DNA of 32,000 bases, from positions 1,050,001-1,082,000 of the forward strand of contig NC_010163.1 in the NCBI RefSeq assembly GCF_000018785.1. Reading direction: 5' to 3'. This document shows, one piece after another, positions 7,531-15,149 of this stretch. The DNA is from Acholeplasma laidlawii PG-8A (GTDB lineage: Bacteria; Bacillota_I; Bacilli_A; Acholeplasmatales; Acholeplasmataceae). Below the pieces are notes generated by a model, which saw only the letters and a list, made by a program, of their open reading frames with translations, had not been told where the DNA came from and did not search any database. A program made the position numbers and the translations under genes. Each line of letters starts with the position of its first letter. Position 1 is the stretch's first letter.

Positions 7531-7559
7531 ATTGTAATGGTTTTTTCCTCATTAATCAA
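7531..7559 (-). promoter_or_regulatory. Candidate sigma70-type promoter
   Basis: On the minus strand: TTGATT (7554-7559), 17-nt spacer, TACAAT (7531-7536). It lies directly after the terminator of the secreted-protein gene. Confidence 0.45.
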
Positions 7560-7584
7560 AAAGATGCCGTTATTATCAGCATCT
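7556..7584 (-). terminator. Terminator of the 558-aa secreted-protein gene
   Basis: Stem agatgc(c)g / c(a)gcatct (7562-7584) with a 7-nt loop, followed on the minus strand by UUUUUGAUU. Confidence 0.55.
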
Positions 7585-7614
7585 CTTTGATTAATATAAT
7601 GTTATTAGATATAT

Positions 7615-9291
7615 TTAGTACATGAGTTCTTGAATTGGAGGTTTTGGACCGCCTCCGCCTCCGCCACCACTACTCTTTAGATAAGTGAATTCTCTTTGAT
7701 ATACGCGGTAATTGTTTGTAATAAAGAAATTCATTTCATATTCAACGTAGATTTCAAATCTATAAATTTTACCATGTATCAAATCAGGAACTAATATTTG
7801 TTGAACAGAACCACTTAGATTATATTCATAAATCAATGTAGAGTTGTTAAATACTCGAAGTATACCAGATTTATAATTTTGTTTATTTGTAGCATCTGTG
7901 ATGTCAACCTTATACCCGGTACTGTAGTTAGATGGATATAAGGTTTGAGTTGGAGCATTTGAAAGATCTGCATTTTTAATTCTAAATGGAGTTCTGACTA
8001 AATTAAATCCAGCATAATATCTAATACCTGTATATCGATTTTCATAATATCTTTCGGTATATCCACTTGAAAAGATGAATTTATTTGGATTACTGTTATG
8101 TGCACGATATTGTTTATCAAATAAATTATTAATTTCACTATACATTTGTGATTCATTAAGTAAATTTATTCTACCTTTTACTTGTACATATTTATCGGGA
8201 TCTCTGGTGAAATTAGTCACGCCGTAACTACTGCTAATATTTCTGTAGATGACATCTGTATCAGCAAATGTGATTGCCATACCACGATGTTTGTTGGCAA
8301 TAAATCCTTCTTGCTCAACATAATTTTCACTCCATGATATTGTGTTAGTGTTTATATTATGTTCAATCAAGTAATCAAAACGGATATTTTTTCCCATATT
8401 ATATGGATTCAGGAGTGCTGTTAAGAATGCAGTTATATTATCTAAAATTAATGCATATTGCTCGGCTGCATATTGAGCCTCTTGTCCCATCATCCAATAG
8501 ATAGCGGCAAAAGCAAGTTTACCTAAAGGATGTTGGGTGATTAGTGTCTCTGGTAAACTTAATATTTGGGAAACCAATGTATCAATAATCAAGTTACCTA
8601 AATTTTTACCAGTACTTGAGACTAGTTCACCTAAAGATTTGTGCGAAAAATCTTGTACCGTTTCTACTCCAATGCCTTTTACTAATTCTACTATAAATTT
8701 TGTATATGGATCCTCAATATTTTCTGTATCATAAATGGAATCTGCTATAGCATCGATGACATTATCCATCGTCACCTCTACTGATGCCATCACCATATTT
8801 TCGTCTAAGAAAATTTGAACCACAGGCGCTAATTTATCCAACTTCTTAGTTAAAATTAGTTCGATTGAATAGCCAATTGCTTTTTCGTAGTATGATTGAG
8901 CATTATTTTGTTGTTCAATCATGAGTTCATCCATAGCTGTCTCATAAGCAAGTAAGAGTAAAATAAGTTCTGATGTCAATTTGGCATCATATTTTACAAA
9001 TAAAGACTTGTAGAAATGAAAAATCTTATTTTTAATTTCTAACATAGGCACAAATTGTAAAGGTAAGGCAATTGCAGCATTTTTGTAATAAGGATCTGTT
9101 GCCATATCTTCTAAATTGATTTCCCATGTGGCAGCACTATAGTCACCATCGACAAATACATCGCCATTCAGGTCGACTTCAGTTATATTCCCATTACTAT
9201 CACGGTTTACACCATCATAGGCATGAGCATTATTTGCTGTTAGTATAGTTGCAGATAAAGCAACTACTAAAAGCAGCATGATTTTTTTCAT
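7615..9291 (-). CDS. Secreted protein of unknown function: signal peptide, helical N-terminal half, Tyr/Asn-rich probable beta C-terminal half, Gly7 linker and 10-aa C-terminal tail
   Basis: MKKIMLLLVVALSATILTANNAHA|YDG is a type I signal peptide with no lipobox Cys. The start has a strong AGGAGGA RBS. The protein ends ...YLKSSGGGGGGGPKPPIQELMY. I recognise no catalytic motif. Confidence 0.8.
   Translation of the reverse strand: MKKIMLLLVVALSATILTANNAHAYDGVNRDSNGNITEVDLNGDVFVDGDYSAATWEINLEDMATDPYYKNAAIALPLQFVPMLEIKNKIFHFYKSLFVKYDAKLTSELILLLLAYETAMDELMIEQQNNAQSYYEKAIGYSIELILTKKLDKLAPVVQIFLDENMVMASVEVTMDNVIDAIADSIYDTENIEDPYTKFIVELVKGIGVETVQDFSHKSLGELVSSTGKNLGNLIIDTLVSQILSLPETLITQHPLGKLAFAAIYWMMGQEAQYAAEQYALILDNITAFLTALLNPYNMGKNIRFDYLIEHNINTNTISWSENYVEQEGFIANKHRGMAITFADTDVIYRNISSSYGVTNFTRDPDKYVQVKGRINLLNESQMYSEINNLFDKQYRAHNSNPNKFIFSSGYTERYYENRYTGIRYYAGFNLVRTPFRIKNADLSNAPTQTLYPSNYSTGYKVDITDATNKQNYKSGILRVFNNSTLIYEYNLSGSVQQILVPDLIHGKIYRFEIYVEYEMNFFITNNYRVYQREFTYLKSSGGGGGGGPKPPIQELMY
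7648..7668 (-). repeat. Coding simple-sequence tract (GGN)7 containing gcctcc hexamer repeats
   Basis: Plus strand accgcctccgcctccgccacc. It forms a local GC island in an AT-rich gene and encodes Gly7. Confidence 0.9.
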
Positions 9292-9410
9292 GTCTTATCC
9301 TCCTATTATTTTTTTACATGAGTCTACAACATTAATTACCCCAATTAATTTACATTTGATGTCGTAGTTCGGTTTAATTTTAATCCTTTTTATATTCTTA
9401 GAAAACGTCA

Positions 9411-9425
9411 TATATGTCGCATATA
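9411..9425. promoter_or_regulatory. 15-bp palindrome, candidate operator upstream of the secreted-protein gene
   Basis: TATATG-tcg-CATATA, about 120 nt upstream of ATG 9291. Confidence 0.25.
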
Positions 9426-9442
9426 ATTCTTTTGTGTTACTC

Positions 9443-9484
9443 AAAAAAAAACCACAAATGAGGATATTCATATTTGTGGTTTTC
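9443..9484 (-). terminator. Rho-independent terminator of the SGNH hydrolase gene
   Basis: Stem accacaaat (9451-9459) / atttgtggt (9472-9480), extendable with A/T pairs, followed on the minus strand by a T-run of 8-9. Confidence 0.8.
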
Positions 9485-9493
9485 AATATCAAT

Positions 9494-10147
9494 TTATAAG
9501 TTACTTAATATATTTCTAGCATATACTTCATAACCCTTAGGGTTAAGATGTATACCATCATAAGTGTAGTTCGTATTTAGGTAGCCTTCGCTATCTAATA
9601 AATCATCAAATTGGTGTAAATATGTCATATCATTTGATTTGGCGTAGTTCATGACTTTAAAGTTTATAGACTTTAATTCACCATTGGTTCGGCCACCAAT
9701 GTAGATCTTCTTATAAAGTGGGTGCTGCGTACTAACTACTGGCGTTGTAGATAAGTAGTACAACTTAGCAGATGGAAATTTTGATTTCAATACGTCTAGT
9801 ACTTTAATAATATTTTCATAAGCCTCTGCTACACTAGCTTCTAGTAAGACAAGATCATTTGAACCTATAGATATAAATATGGATTTAGGGTTTATCTTAC
9901 CTAAGATAACGTCTAGGTTATCTAGTATAAGTTTTGTAGTAGCACCAGCTACACCACGATTAAGTGCATTTAACGTAGGCAAATACCTTTTTAAATTAAA
10001 GAACTCAATCATAGAGTCTCCAATAAAGATTACATCTTGATTAAAGAGATTTACCACATTATCTTTACTATAAGTATTTAAGACTTTAGATGAAGTCTTT
10101 TCTATCATTTGTTGTAAGCCTTTAAGCTCTTGATGTGTTAATTTCAT
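9494..10147 (-). CDS. SGNH/GDSL-family hydrolase (lipase/acylesterase-like)
   Basis: Block I FIGDSMIE, block II GVAGATT, block III GSNDL, block V DGIHLNPKGY. Confidence 0.85.
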   Translation of the reverse strand: MKLTHQELKGLQQMIEKTSSKVLNTYSKDNVVNLFNQDVIFIGDSMIEFFNLKRYLPTLNALNRGVAGATTKLILDNLDVILGKINPKSIFISIGSNDLVLLEASVAEAYENIIKVLDVLKSKFPSAKLYYLSTTPVVSTQHPLYKKIYIGGRTNGELKSINFKVMNYAKSNDMTYLHQFDDLLDSEGYLNTNYTYDGIHLNPKGYEVYARNILSNL

Positions 10148-10272
10148 ATAAAGTGCTCCTCACATAAATGGACTACTGTAATTATAACATTTAAGCTGTT
10201 TTTAATAGATTTAGTGCTTAATTATGTTATACTTACAATAAATAGTAACCTAAAAAACGGAGGTATCACTAG

Positions 10273-11973
10273 ATGAAAGACTATTTATTAGACGAAACAT
10301 CCTTTATATTGCAATTTAACAGAATCCCTTGTAATTCAGAATCAGATATCCTAAGTTCCAGACCATTTGGGCTTGTCTTAAGACGTTATTTACAACATAC
10401 TAAGAAATTAGAAAATCCAGATTTTAAATGGATATTAAAAATCAGACAAAGTGATTTAATATCTATTTATAAAGCACTACTTGTTTGGCCATATGAAGAA
10501 GTGGTACAAAGATTAGATGCTTTAAGTCATAGACTCAATAGATACCACTTCTTCTTATTTACAGAAGAGTTTTATAACTACTGGAGAAAGTTTGAACGTT
10601 ATGGCTTTTTATCTAGAACAAGATTTGATGATGATAAGTCGATGAATAAACGTTTAATTAATACAACAGAAAGTTTTTCTAATTTAGTGCTTAATTTATA
10701 TCGTACAGTGACTGAAAAAATATTAGATAGAAATTACCACTTACTTCGCCAACTACCTGCTGGTACACAAGCAAACCTTTCCTTAGTATCTAACCCATGG
10801 ACTTATGATGCACCTTATACAAAGTTAACTGATAATAGATTTGTTACTGGCATTGTAATTACACCACCTTTAATGATTTATTCTAAATCCAATACAAGAA
10901 CAGGCATTTTTAAAGAAGTCTTTAATAACCCCTTAAAAGATATTGAACTACACAAAAATGATTATGTAGTAGTTGCAATTAAAGTAGGACCTTTCTTAAC
11001 TTATGCATATATTCATAACAAGTTTATGAAATATGCAGTCACCTTAGGATCACTATTTGAAATGGTATCCTTTCAAGAGTATAAAGATAAAAAGCCTGAT
11101 CTCATCTATGTATATGGTATCAATGAATCTAAATATGATGGTACATATTACCACGATAAAGAAAATGACATCTATGCAGGCTTTGTAAGCATTGATGATA
11201 AAAATGACTATTTTGGTTATGTTAAGAAAATGTTATTAACCCTACATAACGTTAAAATGATACATGAAAAGAAATTACCAATTCATGGTGCTATGTTTAG
11301 ACTACAACTTAAAGGTGGTAAGACTAAACATGTAGTCATTATTGGAGATAGTGGTGCTGGTAAATCAGAAACCATAGAATCCTTACGAGTCGTTGGTGAA
11401 GGTAAAGTTACTTCGATTGAAATCATCTATGATGATATGGGTACCTTTGACATTAAAGATGGTAAAATAGTAAGCTATGGTACTGAAATTGGGGCATTTG
11501 TAAGACTAGATGACCTGGACCAAGGCTATGCCTATAAACAAATCGATAGAGCGGTATTTTTAAACCCTAATAAGACAAATGCTAGAGTAGTATTACCTGC
11601 AGCTGATTATGAGTTTGTAATGAAGGATCATAAGGTAGATTTACTACTTTATGCAAATAACTATGATGAAACAAAATCCGGTTTAGAAATATTTGATGCA
11701 TCAGATGATGCAGCTAAAATATTTGAAGATGGAAAGAGAATGGCAAAAGGTACTACAAGTGAAGTTGGTATGACTTCTACTTACTTTGCTAATCCATTTG
11801 GACCTGTACAACATGAAGAACTAACTAAATCATTAATTACTACCTACTTTAACAAGTTAAAAGACAACAATATCCCGGTAGGTGTAATTTATACTAAGTT
11901 AGCACTTGATGGCTATGAACAAAAAGGGCCACAAGAAGCAGCTCTCAAATTATTAGAATATTTAGTTAAATAA
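10273..11973 (+). CDS. Uncharacterised 566-aa protein with an HPr-kinase/PEPCK-superfamily P-loop in the C-terminal half
   Basis: LPIHGAMFRLQLKGGKTKHVVIIGDSGAGKSETIESL closely resembles the HprK Walker A motif (GxSGxGKSE). The N-terminal ~330 aa have no motif I recognise. RBS GGAGGT. Possibly the DUF4914-type family; not verifiable here. Confidence 0.6.
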   Translation: MKDYLLDETSFILQFNRIPCNSESDILSSRPFGLVLRRYLQHTKKLENPDFKWILKIRQSDLISIYKALLVWPYEEVVQRLDALSHRLNRYHFFLFTEEFYNYWRKFERYGFLSRTRFDDDKSMNKRLINTTESFSNLVLNLYRTVTEKILDRNYHLLRQLPAGTQANLSLVSNPWTYDAPYTKLTDNRFVTGIVITPPLMIYSKSNTRTGIFKEVFNNPLKDIELHKNDYVVVAIKVGPFLTYAYIHNKFMKYAVTLGSLFEMVSFQEYKDKKPDLIYVYGINESKYDGTYYHDKENDIYAGFVSIDDKNDYFGYVKKMLLTLHNVKMIHEKKLPIHGAMFRLQLKGGKTKHVVIIGDSGAGKSETIESLRVVGEGKVTSIEIIYDDMGTFDIKDGKIVSYGTEIGAFVRLDDLDQGYAYKQIDRAVFLNPNKTNARVVLPAADYEFVMKDHKVDLLLYANNYDETKSGLEIFDASDDAAKIFEDGKRMAKGTTSEVGMTSTYFANPFGPVQHEELTKSLITTYFNKLKDNNIPVGVIYTKLALDGYEQKGPQEAALKLLEYLVK

Positions 11974-11987
11974 TATTTATCCAATTC

Positions 11988-12020
11988 AAAACATCTGAAA
12001 TACTCAGATGTTTTTTTATT
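11988..12020 (+). terminator. Rho-independent terminator
   Basis: Stem aaacatctga / tcagatgttt around loop aatac, followed by a T-run. Confidence 0.85.
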
Positions 12021-12134
12021 AACTAGACTTTTATTTTATCTTTAACTTTTTTTAAGTTTAGGTATTAAGTGATTTAAAGTCTTTACAATACGTGTACCTT
12101 GCACATTCGTTCATACATGGTTATTAGTCCTTAT

Positions 12135-12172
12135 AATAAAAAACATGGCGCAATGCTTGATGCGCCATGTTT
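12135..12172 (-). terminator. Rho-independent terminator of nox
   Basis: 11-bp stem aacatggcgca (12142-12152) / tgcgccatgtt (12161-12171), followed on the minus strand by UUUUAUU. Confidence 0.85.
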
Positions 12173-12184
12173 AGTTATATAGTA

Positions 12185-13522
12185 TTAATTTTTGTTTAAT
12201 GCAGCGAGTGCAGCTGTATTTAGTAAATTCCAAGGTTTACTGTAATGTGGTTGGAAGAAAAAGTCTGCAAATGCTAGTTGTTCAATAGTCATCTTGTTTT
12301 GGATTGCTAAACTTAAGATATTCATTTGTGCAGTTAAATCATATTTAGATAAGATTTGACCACCAAGTAAACGCTTAGTATGTTTTTCATATACTAACTT
12401 TAATAATACATCATCATAACTTGGCATAAACTCTGGTCTATTATGATCATGGATAGTAATTGTTTCATATTCAATACCTGCTTGTTGTGCTACCCCTTCG
12501 GTTAAACCGGTAGATGAAATATTTAAATCATATATTTTAATACCAGATGTACCTTGTGTACCTACATAAGGTACATGTTGGTCAACAATATTTAAACCCA
12601 CAAGTGTACCCATACGAACTGCATTTGTAGCTAGTGGTATATATCTAACTTCATCTGTTGGATTATAGATAATGTTTGCATTATCGCCACATGCAAACAC
12701 ATCAGGGTTTGATGTTTGCATGTATTCATTCGTAATTAAAGCGCCATTTGGCGTGGTTTCTAGTATACCTTTGTATAAAGTGTCATTTGGTTTGAAACCA
12801 ATGCACATAATAACTAAATCTGTTTCATATGTAGCTTTATTTGTTTTAATGTGTGTTACTAGATCATTTGATGTTATAAAACTATCTACTTTTTCACCTA
12901 ATGCTAATTTGACGCCATTATCAGTAAATGCTTTTTGTGCATGATAAGTAAACTCTTCATCTAAGTACTTAGGCATAATACGTTCTTCACCATCAATTAA
13001 GACTACTTCTTTACCTAAGAGTTCAAATGCTTCTGCAAGTTCAACACCAATATAACCTGCACCAACTACTACAATTTTTTGAGCATGTTTAGCTTGTTCA
13101 ATAATTTCATTTGCTTGATTAAAGTTTTTAGATAGTAAGACATTACTTGAACTAATACCAGGGATTCTTGGGATAATAGGCCATGATCCTGTGGATAATA
13201 CTAACTTATCAAATGAATCTACCGAGATTTCATTTGTAGTTAGATTTTTAACTGTAACAGTCTTTTTATCATAATCGATTGCTTCTACATTATATTCCAT
13301 AAAGACATTAGCACCTAATTGTCTTAGTTCTTCTGGACTTGAATAAAATAATCCATTCACATCTTTTACAATACCACCAACATAAAGGGCGATACCACAT
13401 GATAAGAAGGATACATTATCATTTCTTTCATATACATTTACTTCAATATCTTTGTTATGATTTAACATTGATTTTACTGCTGCTGTACCTGCGTGTGTAC
13501 AACCTATAACAACAACTTTCAT
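12185..13522 (-). CDS. nox: NADH oxidase (H2O-forming), pyridine nucleotide-disulfide oxidoreductase with a redox-active Cys
   Basis: MKVVVIGCTHAGTAAV (FAD fold), the SFLSCG single-Cys active site near residue 42, a second dinucleotide fold VVVGAGYIGVELAE, and GD near CGDN. Confidence 0.9.
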   Translation of the reverse strand: MKVVVIGCTHAGTAAVKSMLNHNKDIEVNVYERNDNVSFLSCGIALYVGGIVKDVNGLFYSSPEELRQLGANVFMEYNVEAIDYDKKTVTVKNLTTNEISVDSFDKLVLSTGSWPIIPRIPGISSSNVLLSKNFNQANEIIEQAKHAQKIVVVGAGYIGVELAEAFELLGKEVVLIDGEERIMPKYLDEEFTYHAQKAFTDNGVKLALGEKVDSFITSNDLVTHIKTNKATYETDLVIMCIGFKPNDTLYKGILETTPNGALITNEYMQTSNPDVFACGDNANIIYNPTDEVRYIPLATNAVRMGTLVGLNIVDQHVPYVGTQGTSGIKIYDLNISSTGLTEGVAQQAGIEYETITIHDHNRPEFMPSYDDVLLKLVYEKHTKRLLGGQILSKYDLTAQMNILSLAIQNKMTIEQLAFADFFFQPHYSKPWNLLNTAALAALNKN

Positions 13523-13618
13523 CGATATTACCTCTGACTTTCTTATTTTGAACTTTGTTATCTCGCTTAAGACAATTGCATTATAGGCCGTATATATAAT
13601 GTATGGGATTTATTGCTT

Positions 13619-13647
13619 ATGAAAACGTTTCACACAATTTAATTGTG
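13619..13647. promoter_or_regulatory. Two adjacent palindromes upstream of nox (candidate operators)
   Basis: TGAAA-acg-TTTCA (13620-13632) is a near-cre / near-Rex half-site pattern. CACAAT-tta-ATTGTG is at 13633-13647. Both lie about 100-125 nt upstream of the nox ATG. Confidence 0.3.
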
Positions 13648-13712
13648 GTTGTTTTGCGAGAATCTATCCTTGTGGAGCATTTTACTTTAAATATTAAAAA
13701 ATAGTGTACAGC

Positions 13713-13746
13713 AAAAGAAAAAGAGATGCACACTTTTGAGCATCTC
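13713..13746 (-). terminator. Terminator at the end of the glycan/glmMU operon
   Basis: Stem gagatgc (13723-13729) / gcatctc (13740-13746), followed on the minus strand by UUUUUCUUUU. Confidence 0.7.
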
Positions 13747-13764
13747 CACGATTCTTATAATATA

Positions 13765-15147
13765 CTATTCTTCTTTTTTAGGTTTTGGACTAATCAAGTA
13801 TTTTGAGTAGTCTTCTTTAGTCACTTGACGGCTTCTTGCAATAGCAAACCCGTTATCAGGAATGTCCTTAGTCACTGTTGAACCTGCTGCAATAAAGACA
13901 TTGTCTCCAATTTTTATTGGTGCAATAAGGTTTGTATTGCATCCAATAAAGACATTGTCTCCTATTTCAGTTTTATGTTTTAACTTTCCGTCGTAGTTCA
14001 CTGTAACAGAACCACAACCAAAGTTAACAGATTCACCAACAACTGAATCACCAATGTAAGCTAGGTGGCTTGCTTTTGTGTTGTGTCCTGTACTAGATTT
14101 TTTAACCTCTACGAAGTTACCAATTCTATTATGTGTACCAATATCAGCATGATCTCTTAAATGAGCAAATGGACCAACTGTTGTTCCTTCTCTAACGATA
14201 CTATCATAAACAAGACTGTGTCTGACTACTACATGACTATCAATTCGTGAGTTATGTATTTCTGTATTAGGTCCTACAATTGCCCCTGCTTTAATTACTG
14301 TGTCCCCAGTAATTGTAGTATTGGGGTTAATTGTAACACCTGGTTCAATTATGACGTTATGTCCAATTGTAATGGTTTCTGGGTTAATCATTGATACCCC
14401 ATTTAGCATATGATCTTTATTAATATATTCTCTTAAATACTTCTCAGCTTTGCTGATTGCATATAAGTCATTTACACCCATAGCTAAAGAGTTATTTTTG
14501 ATCATATATGAACCTATCTTATAATCTTTTTTCATTAACTCTACCATATCTGTGATATAGTACTCACCTTTAGCGTTGTTGTTATTCAAGTTTTTTAATA
14601 AAGAAAAGAACTTTTTATTATTAACAATGTATATACCAGTATTGACTTCTTTAATTTCTTTTTCAAAGTCGTTAGCATCTTTTTCTTCAACAATACGTTG
14701 AATGACACCTTGTTCATTACGTACAATACGTCCATAACCTTCTGGATCTTCATAATGAGCTGTAACGATTGTAAAATCATTACCATTGTCTTCATGAACA
14801 GCAAACATTCTATCAATAGATTTATACCAGATGAGTGGCACATCACCAGGCATAATAAACGTATTACCATCTAGTTTAGATAATACTGGTGCAGCCATCA
14901 TGGCTGCATGACCAGTACCTAGTTGTTCTTCTTGATAGACATACTTAGCACGGTCTTTAACAATACCTTCTACAACTTCTCTTTTATATCCTAATACAAG
15001 GTAGATTTCTTCTACACTTGATTTTTCAATATTTTCTACAATATACTCAATCATTGGTTTTCTTAGTATTGGAAAAGCAACTTTAGGTATATCTGATTTC
15101 ATACGAGTGCCTTTACCAGCTGCAAGTACTAATGCATAATTTTTCAT
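13765..15147 (-). CDS. glmU: Bifunctional UDP-N-acetylglucosamine pyrophosphorylase / glucosamine-1-phosphate N-acetyltransferase
   Basis: [16 protein letters not shown] nucleotidyltransferase signature and a C-terminal left-handed beta-helix of hexapeptide repeats. 460 aa. Confidence 0.95.
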   Translation of the reverse strand: MKNYALVLAAGKGTRMKSDIPKVAFPILRKPMIEYIVENIEKSSVEEIYLVLGYKREVVEGIVKDRAKYVYQEEQLGTGHAAMMAAPVLSKLDGNTFIMPGDVPLIWYKSIDRMFAVHEDNGNDFTIVTAHYEDPEGYGRIVRNEQGVIQRIVEEKDANDFEKEIKEVNTGIYIVNNKKFFSLLKNLNNNNAKGEYYITDMVELMKKDYKIGSYMIKNNSLAMGVNDLYAISKAEKYLREYINKDHMLNGVSMINPETITIGHNVIIEPGVTINPNTTITGDTVIKAGAIVGPNTEIHNSRIDSHVVVRHSLVYDSIVREGTTVGPFAHLRDHADIGTHNRIGNFVEVKKSSTGHNTKASHLAYIGDSVVGESVNFGCGSVTVNYDGKLKHKTEIGDNVFIGCNTNLIAPIKIGDNVFIAAGSTVTKDIPDNGFAIARSRQVTKEDYSKYLISPKPKKEE

Positions 15148-15149
15148 CC

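Noticed and set aside
7415-7552. 45-aa minus-strand ORF as a real gene
   Set aside because: Its ATG lies within the spacer of the predicted promoter and directly after a terminator, with no SD sequence. It is kept only as a weak peptide candidate in the findings.
9295-9492. 65-aa ORF between the SGNH hydrolase gene and the secreted-protein gene
   Set aside because: Its 5' end spans the stem-loop and T-run of the 9443-9484 terminator. Its 3' end is the AGGAGGA RBS of the next gene. It has no RBS of its own and a low-complexity, Lys/Ile-rich sequence. This is most likely non-coding promoter/leader DNA.
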